From assembly GCA_964465315.1 (NCBI GenBank), contig CAYXIK010000001.1:172479-236478 (forward strand): a stretch of 64,000 bases of DNA. The letters are read 5' to 3'. This document shows, piece after piece, positions 36,774 through 44,253 of this stretch. The position numbers were made by a program, and so were the translations under genes. This stretch comes from an uncultured Gemmatimonadaceae bacterium. GTDB taxonomy: Bacteria; Gemmatimonadota; Gemmatimonadetes; Gemmatimonadales; GWC2-71-9. Within the stretch, counting starts at the first letter, position 1; each line of letters opens with the position of its first letter. The notes under the pieces are model-generated. The model searched no databases and was not told where the DNA came from. It saw only the letters and a list, made by a program, of their open reading frames with translations.

Positions 36774-37471
36774 CCCGGCTCCATCCGTTCACCTTGCTGG
36801 CGATGGCGGGAGCACTTCCCGCGCTCGCGTGGATCCTGCCCTCCCCAGTGGCCGGGCTCACGTGTGCTGTCTTAGCGCTGGCGCTCACGCTGACCCCCGG
36901 CTCCACGGACACGGTCACTGGCGTGTCCGCGCGCTGGCGCCCGGGGTTCGTCGTCTTCCGGACGGCGCTCTTCACCGCGGCCCCGTTCTGGCTGTTCCTC
37001 CTGCTGCTGCACGACGTCCCGACGACCGTCAGGATCGGCCTTCGCATTACGACGATGGTCGCGAGCTTCGTGTGGGTCGCCGCCGCGGTGCCGTCTCCGC
37101 GGTTGGTTGAGGCGATGGTCGCGGCAGGATGGAGCGCGATCGTGGCGTACGTATTCGCGGCCACGCTCTCGGCGGCGCCGGTGCTGCGGGCGCGCGCTCG
37201 GCGGATAGCGGACGCACAACGCTGCCGTGGGTTGTCCCCACGAGGCGGGCTCGCCCACCGGCTGCGCGCGCTCCGCGCCCTCGCCCTCCCACTCATCCTG
37301 TCGGCGCTCCACGAGGTGGACGAGCGGGCCCTCGCGCTCGAGACCCGCAGGCTCGTTCCGGGAGCGCGGCGCACTCCACTTTCACCGCCACCCGACCCCC
37401 TGGCCCAGCGGATGGCACGCTGGGGCCTCGTGGCGGCCTGCGCTGCGGCGCTCGCCTGGCGATTCCGGTGA
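36770..37471 (+). CDS. ECF-transporter transmembrane (T, CbiQ/EcfT-like) component
   Basis: GTG 36770 gives a GTGA overlap. 233 aa. N-terminal LHPFTLL, and cytoplasmic Arg-containing coupling segments (ADAQRCRGL, ALALETRRL). Confidence 0.6.
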   Translation: MTRLHPFTLLAMAGALPALAWILPSPVAGLTCAVLALALTLTPGSTDTVTGVSARWRPGFVVFRTALFTAAPFWLFLLLLHDVPTTVRIGLRITTMVASFVWVAAAVPSPRLVEAMVAAGWSAIVAYVFAATLSAAPVLRARARRIADAQRCRGLSPRGGLAHRLRALRALALPLILSALHEVDERALALETRRLVPGARRTPLSPPPDPLAQRMARWGLVAACAAALAWRFR

Positions 37472-38256
37472 CCCGTCTCGCCCTGGAGCGCGTGACGTTT
37501 CACTATCCGGCGACCGAGGTTCCGGCCCTCGAGGACGTGTCGCTCGACGTGGCGGGCGGTGAAGTCGTGGCGCTCGTAGGGGGCGTAGGCGCGGGGGCCT
37601 CGACCGTGCTGCTCGTCGCCGGAGACCTGGCGCCTCGAGTCGTGGGAGGACGTCTGGAAGGGCACGTCACGTTCGACGGGCAGGGTCCGAGGGGAATCGT
37701 CTTGCCGACCCCGTGGACGCAGCTCTCGGGGATGGCCTTTACCGTCTGGGACGAGGTGGCGTTCGGGCCCGCCAACCTTGGCCTCCCGCGGGACGATATC
37801 GTGCGTCGGGTCGATCACGCCGTCTCGCGGCTCGGCCTCGAAGACCTCACGTCGCGTGATCCCACGACCCTCTCGGGCGGAGAGCTTCAGCGCGTGATCG
37901 TCGCAGGGATCCTCGCCATGCAGCCGACGTTGTTGCTGCTGGACGAGCCCACGGCGGAGCTCGACCCCGCCGGGGCGCGCTCGGTGTGGCAGCTCGTTCG
38001 CACGCTGGCGACCGACGGCACGGCCATCATCGTGGCGACCACTGACCTCGACGCGGTTCCCGTGGTCGCGGACAGGGTGGTCTGGCTGGAGCGCGGTCGG
38101 GTGGCGGCGACGGGCCCCCCGGCGCTACTGGCGGGCGACGCGCTGGTCGTCGCGAACCAGGGCACCACCGTGGCGACGGTGTGGCACGCGGCGGGGCTCC
38201 CTGCGCCCTACCCGCTCACCGTCGCACAGGCAGCGCAGCGTTGGGGTCGCCGTTGA
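37468..38256 (+). CDS. ECF/ABC ATPase with degenerate Walker A and H-loop
   Basis: GTG 37468 gives a GTGA overlap. 262 aa. The Walker A position reads GGVGAGAST (Lys replaced by Ala). Signature LSGGELQR, Walker B LLLLDEPT. The H-loop position reads VATTDLD (His replaced by Thr). Confidence 0.8.
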   Translation: MTRLALERVTFHYPATEVPALEDVSLDVAGGEVVALVGGVGAGASTVLLVAGDLAPRVVGGRLEGHVTFDGQGPRGIVLPTPWTQLSGMAFTVWDEVAFGPANLGLPRDDIVRRVDHAVSRLGLEDLTSRDPTTLSGGELQRVIVAGILAMQPTLLLLDEPTAELDPAGARSVWQLVRTLATDGTAIIVATTDLDAVPVVADRVVWLERGRVAATGPPALLAGDALVVANQGTTVATVWHAAGLPAPYPLTVAQAAQRWGRR

Positions 38257-39077
38257 GTGCCGCCCTGCGACTGGACGGTGTTTCGTTCGCCTATGGAGCC
38301 GTGCAGGCGTTGGCGAATGTCTCGCTGGCGGTCGCTCCGGGAGAGCGCGTCGCACTGCTCGGGCGGAACGGCGCCGGGAAGTCTACCCTGGTGCGACTGG
38401 TCACAGGCCTCGCGCGTCCCGCGGCGGGCACAGTCTGGGTGGGAGACTGGGACACGCGAAACCGGACGCCGGACCAGCTGGCCCGGCGCGTGGGTTCCGT
38501 GTTTCAGCACGCTGACCAGCAGCTCTTCGCCCGCACGCTCGAGGACGACGTCGCGTTGGGCCCCCGAGCGCTGGGCCTGGCGCCGGCGGATGTCGCGGGA
38601 CGCGTCACGCGCGCGCTGGCGGTGCTCGAGCTCGCGACGCATGCGCGCGAGCATCCGTACGATCTGCCACCGGCGCTCCGGAAGCTGGCGGCAGTTGCGG
38701 GCGCGCTGGCACTCGAGCCTGCCGTGCTCGTGCTGGACGAGCCCACTGCGGGACTCGACCGCGTCCTACGCGCGCGCGTCACCCGCGCACTGCTCGAACG
38801 GGCGACCGATGGCGCGGCGCTCCTCGTGATCACGCACGATCTGACGTTCGCGGCGGAACTACTGGACCGCGCGGTGGTGCTCGACCGCGGTCGCCTCGCA
38901 TGCGATGAGTCGCTCGCGAGCTTGCTCGGGGCCGCGGCACGGCTCGACACGCTCGGACTCGTGCCGCCACCCGTGGCCGCGCTGTCGACGGCACTCGACC
39001 TTCCGGGCCGGCCCATCCGTGCGGCGGAAGCTGCGCGAGTGCTGGCGCGCGTTGCAGGGGGTAGGGCAGAGCCCTAG
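38253..39077 (+). CDS. ECF/ABC ATPase with canonical catalytic motifs but degenerate signature
   Basis: TTG 38253 gives a TTGA overlap. 274 aa. Walker A GRNGAGKST, Walker B VLVLDEPT, H-loop VITHDL. The signature position reads LPPAL instead of LSGGQ, and its spacing to Walker B is the same as in the upstream ATPase. Confidence 0.8.
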   Translation: MSAALRLDGVSFAYGAVQALANVSLAVAPGERVALLGRNGAGKSTLVRLVTGLARPAAGTVWVGDWDTRNRTPDQLARRVGSVFQHADQQLFARTLEDDVALGPRALGLAPADVAGRVTRALAVLELATHAREHPYDLPPALRKLAAVAGALALEPAVLVLDEPTAGLDRVLRARVTRALLERATDGAALLVITHDLTFAAELLDRAVVLDRGRLACDESLASLLGAAARLDTLGLVPPPVAALSTALDLPGRPIRAAEAARVLARVAGGRAEP

Positions 39078-39090
39078 ATTGACCCGCCCG

Positions 39091-40923
39091 ATGGCGACGC
39101 TCGAGAATTTTGCCACGCGGTTCGCACGCTGCGTGAGCCTGTTCCGAGATCCGGGCGCGAAGGACGAGCAAAAGGCCGAATTCCGCGCGCTCGCATCCCT
39201 GTTGAAGGACACCTCCGTGTCGGTTCGCGTGGCCGGCGGCCGCATCGAGGTGAACGGCGTGCCGTGCGAAGGGGAGACCCTCACCGGGCTGGTGCAGCGC
39301 CTGGACCTGCACGGCATCGCAGAGATCAGCCTCGCCGCCGATCCGCCCCCCGCGCAGTTATTCGAGCTCATGAAGGGGCTGGCCGAGCAGCCGGGGGGCG
39401 GGGACGATGTGGTCACCCGGCTCGCCGCTGTCGGTGCGAGCGGGATTCGAGTCGTCCCCGCTGCCGCGACCCCCGCGCCCACACCACCGACGTCCCGCGG
39501 TCCCGTTGCCTCGCCGGCTGACTTCGATGCGCGAGAGCCCATCGTCCCGCAGCCCGGCGCTCACATCGACCGGAAGGGGCATCCGCTGGGGACGGAGGGC
39601 ATTTTGCGTGGTGAAGCCTGGCAGGACATCAAGTCTGTGCCGCTCTCCGGCGTGCCGCTCGTGATGCACGACCCACCCCCTCCCTCGGCCGCGGACGCGC
39701 TGCCCGGGACGGCGGCTCCGGCAAAGCCGCCCGAAGACGAATCGGAGCTCTCGCTTTCAGTCGGGCGATCGGGCTCTCCGCCGCCCCCTCCGCCTCCACC
39801 TGCCGCCGCTCCGCCGGCGGGGGCGCCACCGCGACGTGTGTCAGCGGCCGAGCGGCCGCCCGCTTCCGAGCCTCCCGCCAGCCCGCCGGTCTCATCCGCA
39901 CCGACCACCGCACGGCCTCCCCTGCCGGCAGGCGCGGCCGACGTGCTCGCCGAGCTCGAACGGAACCCGACCGCCCCCAACGTGGGCGACCTGCTCGCCG
40001 CGCTCGTACGAAACGCCGAAACGGCCGTCAAGCAATCGCGCTTCGAGCAGGTGCTCGGCGTGATCGCCGGCATCATCCACGTAGAGCAGCGCGTCTCGGA
40101 GACGAGCGGCATGCGACGCCAGTACGCGATCGCGGTGCGCCGCATCTACACGAAGCCCGTGCTCCAAGCGCTGGCACACCTCCTGGCCACGCCCAGGTAC
40201 CGGGCCGACGCCGTGGCGGCGCTGCAGCGGGGCGGGGCCACGGCCGTGGAAGTTCTCATGGACCTGCTCGTGGCGGCCCCCACCGTGAGCGAGCGCCGGG
40301 CGGTGTTCGACGCGCTCAAGCAGATGACCGAGGGCACGGAACAGCTGATCCACATGCTGGACCATCCGGAGTGGTTCGTCGTGCGCAACGTGGCCGAGCT
40401 GCTGGGCGAGCTGGGCATGGATGAGGCGGTCCCCGCCCTCGCGCGACGGCTCGATCACGCAGACGAGCGGGTGCGCAAGGCGGTGGCGATGGCGCTCGCC
40501 AAGATCGGCACCCGCAACGCCGCGGAGCCGCTGCGCCGCGCGCTCCGCGACCGCTCGCTCGAGGTTCGGCTGCAGGTGGCGCTGGGGATCGGCGGGCGCA
40601 AGTCGAGCGCCCTCGCGATGCCGCTCGTAGTTGCGATGGAGGAGGAGAAGGACGAGGCGGTGGTCCGAGAGCTGATCCTCGCGCTCGGGCGCATCGGGAG
40701 TCCGGATGCCGTGCAGGCGCTCATCAAGTGGGCGCAGCCTGCGGGCCGCATCTTCGGTCGCAAGCCCAGTGCGCTGCGCTTGGCTGCGGTGGACGCATTG
40801 CGGCTCGCGGCGACGCCCGCCGCCCTGGGGACGCTCGAGGGGTTGGTGGACGACAGCGACCGCCAGATCCGCGAGGCGGCGAAGAACGCCGTCACGGAGC
40901 TCCGGCGGCCGCCACGTCCCTAA
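39091..40923 (+). CDS. HEAT-repeat protein with long Pro/Ala-rich linker
   Basis: I trimmed ORF 38905..40923 to ATG 39091. 610 aa. N-terminal globular part, a low-complexity region from about 39460 to 39950 (includes SPPPPPPPPAAAPPAGAPP), and C-terminal PBS-lyase/HEAT-like repeats (DERVRKAVAMALAKIGTRNAAEPLRRALRDRSLEVRLQVALGIGG...). Confidence 0.7.
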   Translation: MATLENFATRFARCVSLFRDPGAKDEQKAEFRALASLLKDTSVSVRVAGGRIEVNGVPCEGETLTGLVQRLDLHGIAEISLAADPPPAQLFELMKGLAEQPGGGDDVVTRLAAVGASGIRVVPAAATPAPTPPTSRGPVASPADFDAREPIVPQPGAHIDRKGHPLGTEGILRGEAWQDIKSVPLSGVPLVMHDPPPPSAADALPGTAAPAKPPEDESELSLSVGRSGSPPPPPPPPAAAPPAGAPPRRVSAAERPPASEPPASPPVSSAPTTARPPLPAGAADVLAELERNPTAPNVGDLLAALVRNAETAVKQSRFEQVLGVIAGIIHVEQRVSETSGMRRQYAIAVRRIYTKPVLQALAHLLATPRYRADAVAALQRGGATAVEVLMDLLVAAPTVSERRAVFDALKQMTEGTEQLIHMLDHPEWFVVRNVAELLGELGMDEAVPALARRLDHADERVRKAVAMALAKIGTRNAAEPLRRALRDRSLEVRLQVALGIGGRKSSALAMPLVVAMEEEKDEAVVRELILALGRIGSPDAVQALIKWAQPAGRIFGRKPSALRLAAVDALRLAATPAALGTLEGLVDDSDRQIREAAKNAVTELRRPPRP

Positions 40924-40978
40924 GGCTGGTTCGGCTTCGACTGTGCCGTCAGGATCCCCGGGCCGGTAAACGCGAAGC

Positions 40979-41224
40979 TCAGGCAGGCGGTCTGGAGCCC
41001 CACCGGAGCGAGCCCGATACCCAACAGAAGGCCAGCCCGCCCAGCGTCTCGATCAGCATTCCCCTGTAACCGAGCAGCGTCGGGAACGGGTAATGGAGCG
41101 AGCCCAGGAAGCCGATAAATCCCTGCATGGCCGGTCCCGGGAACGGCGGTCCGATGAGCTTGCCAAGGCCGTGCATGAGAAGAATGAATCCCACCACCAC
41201 GAGGCCTGGGTTGTTCAACCTCAC
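40979..41224 (-). CDS. Small DoxX-like membrane protein (possibly frameshifted at its 3' end)
   Basis: GTG 41224 follows a strong AAGGAGGA Shine-Dalgarno. VVVGFILLMHGLGKLIG... resembles the DoxX N-terminus. See the finding on the alternative 3' frame reaching 40920. Confidence 0.4.
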   Translation of the reverse strand: MRLNNPGLVVVGFILLMHGLGKLIGPPFPGPAMQGFIGFLGSLHYPFPTLLGYRGMLIETLGGLAFCWVSGSLRWGSRPPA

Positions 41225-41238
41225 GGCGTCCTCCTTGG

Positions 41239-42309
41239 TTAGGCGGGAATGAAGCTCACCTTGGGATCCAGCCGGCGCGCGAACACTGCGAGCAAGCGGG
41301 CCGCCCGCTCGAGATCCTCCCGCGCCACCATCTCGTTCGGGCTGTGCATATACCGGTTGGGAACGCTGACGAGTCCCGTGGGAATCCCGCGAAGCGCGTT
41401 GTAGATCGCGTCGGCATCGGTGCCCGTGTCGTGCGGGGCGGCCTGTATGCTGTAGGGAATCTTTTCCCGCTCGGCGCACTCCGCGAGCATGTCGAACACC
41501 ACGGGGCTTACCGCCGAGCCGCGCGACAGGACGGGCCCGCCTCCCAGTTTGTGCTCGCCGGCGCGCTTCTTTTCCGCGCCAGGCCAGTCTGTCGCGTGCG
41601 TCACATCCACCACCAAGGCGACGTTCGGCTCGATTCCGACCGCGCTGGTGCGGGCACCGCCGCCGGTCCAGGCGATCTCCTCGCGCGTCGTGGCCACGGC
41701 AAACACCGCGGCGTGCTTCGGGCGGTCCTCGGCGAGCAAGCGCAGGGCCTCGGCCACTACGTAGGCGCCGATCCGGTTGTCGATGCTCCGGGAGACAATG
41801 CGGCCGTTGGGATATTCCGCCACCCGCGCGTCGAGCACCGCCGCGTCGCCGACCCGCACGCGCTGGAGGGCTTCGGCCTTACTGGTCGCGCCGATATCGA
41901 TCCAGAGGTCCGTGATCTTCGAGACCTTGTCCATGTCGTCGCGCTTCATCAGGTGGACCGCCTGTTTCCCGATCACGCCGGGTACCGGGCCCGCCGGCCC
42001 GGTGATCACGACCCGTTGCCCGACCAGCACTTGAGAGTCCCACCCGCCGATCCCCGCGAAGTACAGGTAGCCCTCATCGTCCACGTGTGTTACCTGCAGG
42101 CCAATCTCGTCGATGTGCCCCGCGAGCATGAGCCGGGGAGCCCCCTTGGGGTTCAAGGTCGCCACCGAGTTGCCGTGCACGTCGGCCGTCACCTGCTCGG
42201 CGAATGTCTTGACCTGGTCGCGCCAGACGCGCGCCGGCGCCGTTTCGAAGCCCGAGGGTCCAGGAGTGTCGAGGAGTCGCTTCAAGAAGTCGAGGGTGTC
42301 TCTAGTCAT
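41239..42309 (-). CDS. M42-family aminopeptidase (FrvX/CelM-like)
   Basis: 356 aa. LLDTPGPSGFE, MLAGHIDEIG, SIDNRIG, DVTHATD are motifs typical of M42 peptidases. Confidence 0.85.
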   Translation of the reverse strand: MTRDTLDFLKRLLDTPGPSGFETAPARVWRDQVKTFAEQVTADVHGNSVATLNPKGAPRLMLAGHIDEIGLQVTHVDDEGYLYFAGIGGWDSQVLVGQRVVITGPAGPVPGVIGKQAVHLMKRDDMDKVSKITDLWIDIGATSKAEALQRVRVGDAAVLDARVAEYPNGRIVSRSIDNRIGAYVVAEALRLLAEDRPKHAAVFAVATTREEIAWTGGGARTSAVGIEPNVALVVDVTHATDWPGAEKKRAGEHKLGGGPVLSRGSAVSPVVFDMLAECAEREKIPYSIQAAPHDTGTDADAIYNALRGIPTGLVSVPNRYMHSPNEMVAREDLERAARLLAVFARRLDPKVSFIPA

Positions 42310-43307
42310 GGCTTGATGGGCGTTGGTGTCGAAAGGGGTACGCGCAGGCGCGCGTGAATGCTATCGGCGGCCGCGCCGATCGCGAGCGTCGGCTGGAAGC
42401 CGACGCGGACCGGGATCGCCGTGATGCCGATGCGGTGATCCGGCGTCACTACCACTCGCAAGATGGCGGACAGGCGAGTCCACGGATCGGTTTGCATGAA
42501 CACAAAGTTGCCGAGTGACTGGACGATCGGCTTGTGCTTGTACCACATCACGGGCTGCAGCACGTGTGGGTGGTGAGCGAGCACCAGATCCGCGCCCGCG
42601 TCGATGAGGTCGTAGAGGAGCTCCCGGTGGTAGTCGGGGGCCGAATCCGCGTACTCGCGGCCTCCATGAACGCTCACGACGACCAGGTCCGCGCGGCCGC
42701 TCGCCTTGAGCGCGCGGATCGCCGGAGAGATCCACGTCGTGTCACCCCAGGCGATCCAGTCAGCGCCCGCGTGCTTGTAAAAGGTGTACGGTGCCGGATT
42801 CCAGGCACGGGTGATCGCGAAGAACGCAACCCGCCAGCCGCGCCGCTCCAGGATCACCGGCTGCTCCGCCATGTCCCGTCCGAAGCCGGAGCCCACGAAC
42901 CGGACGCCCGCGCGCGTGAGCTGCCGCATCGTCTCCTCGACGGCTGGCTGGCCTACGTCCCAGGCGTGATTGTTCGCGGTGCTCACGACGTCGAATCCGG
43001 CGCGGGCCAGCGCGACGGCGGCGGCCGGGGGCGCGGCGAACACGCCCCCTGAGTCCGGCTCCGGACTCGAGTCGGGCGCGATCGGGCTCTCGAGATTCCC
43101 AAAGGTGATGTCCGCGGCCGACAATGAGTCGCGGAGGGCGAGGAACGGGTAGAGCGTGTCGCCGCTCAACAGCCGTGCCTTCACGATGCCCCGCCCGAGA
43201 TTGATATCCCCTACGGCGTAGAGCCGGAGGGTGTCTGCCGGCTGCTGCGAGCCCCCTCCCAACCTCCCGAGTGCCACCAGGCTAAGGGCGACGAGCGCGA
43301 CGATCAT
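42306..43307 (-). CDS. CapA-family metallophosphatase-like protein
   Basis: 333 aa with an N-terminal anchor. YAVGDINLGR ... FGNLESP ... TANNHAWD ... SVHGGREY pattern of the PGA_cap/CapA family. Confidence 0.8.
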   Translation of the reverse strand: MIVALVALSLVALGRLGGGSQQPADTLRLYAVGDINLGRGIVKARLLSGDTLYPFLALRDSLSAADITFGNLESPIAPDSSPEPDSGGVFAAPPAAAVALARAGFDVVSTANNHAWDVGQPAVEETMRQLTRAGVRFVGSGFGRDMAEQPVILERRGWRVAFFAITRAWNPAPYTFYKHAGADWIAWGDTTWISPAIRALKASGRADLVVVSVHGGREYADSAPDYHRELLYDLIDAGADLVLAHHPHVLQPVMWYKHKPIVQSLGNFVFMQTDPWTRLSAILRVVVTPDHRIGITAIPVRVGFQPTLAIGAAADSIHARLRVPLSTPTPIKP

Positions 43308-43326
43308 CGCAAGGTCACGCGGGAGG

Positions 43327-44196
43327 TCATCCGATCATCAACCGAGAGAGAAGCTCGGCCGCGTCCACGAGCCGTGGTCCCGGGCGGGACGTGTAGGCGT
43401 TCCCGTCGATCAGCTCGGTCCGGCGCCCGCCCGCCAACAGGGATCGCGCGTCCGAGTCGGCGACATTCGCGAGCTCCGACCGGGCGCGCTCCACATCGAA
43501 TCCGCACAGGGCCACCACGACCAGGTCGGGCGCGAGCGCCAGGAGCTCGCTCCAGGGGCGCGCGCGGGACCGCTCGCCGGCCGTGCCCCCCACGTCCTCC
43601 CCGCCTGCCAAGGTCACGAGTTCGGGCACCCAATGTCCCGCGACGTATGGCGGATCCAACCACTCGAGCACCAGCACACGGGGCCGTCCAGGCTGTCGTC
43701 CTCCTTCCGCCCCTCTCCTTTGGGCGACGCGCCGCAGGCGGTACCGTAGGCCATCCACGAGCTCCTCCGCCTCGTCCCGCAGCTCCAACGCCTCGCCAAT
43801 CTTCCCGATGTCCGCAAACACACCTTCCAGCGTGTGGGCGTGCAGGGTCACCACCCATGGCGTGGGCATCAGCGCGGCGACCACGCGGGCCAGCTCGGCT
43901 TCGCCCACCGCGCAGACATCGCATACCGACTGCCCGATCAACACGTCCGGGCGCAGGTGCGCGACGAGGTTCAAATCCACGGTGATGGGGGCCGTGCCGG
44001 AGCGCTTGGCCTCGGCCGTCGCGCGGTCGATCGCGCCCGAGGGCAAGGCGGGGTCGATCGCCGTTCCGGTGACCCGCGGCAGCGAGCGGACCCCCGGCGG
44101 AAAATCGCACTCGTGCGACACACCTACGAGCTGACCTATCGCACCCAGGGCGGCGACGATCTCCGTGGCCGCCGGGAGCAGCGATACGACGCGCAT
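43327..44196 (-). CDS. Periplasmic-binding-protein fold (BtuF/FhuD-like, cluster A) protein without signal peptide
   Basis: I trimmed ORF 43327..44226 to ATG 44196. MRVVSLLPAATEIVAALGAIGQLVGVSHECDFP... is typical of cobalamin/siderophore-type binding proteins. No signal or lipobox is visible. Confidence 0.7.
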   Translation of the reverse strand: MRVVSLLPAATEIVAALGAIGQLVGVSHECDFPPGVRSLPRVTGTAIDPALPSGAIDRATAEAKRSGTAPITVDLNLVAHLRPDVLIGQSVCDVCAVGEAELARVVAALMPTPWVVTLHAHTLEGVFADIGKIGEALELRDEAEELVDGLRYRLRRVAQRRGAEGGRQPGRPRVLVLEWLDPPYVAGHWVPELVTLAGGEDVGGTAGERSRARPWSELLALAPDLVVVALCGFDVERARSELANVADSDARSLLAGGRRTELIDGNAYTSRPGPRLVDAAELLSRLMIG

Positions 44197-44253
44197 GCCG
44201 ATAATGTAGGGGCCCCCGTTTCCCAAATGCGGGGTCCCGACACGGGGCCGCCG

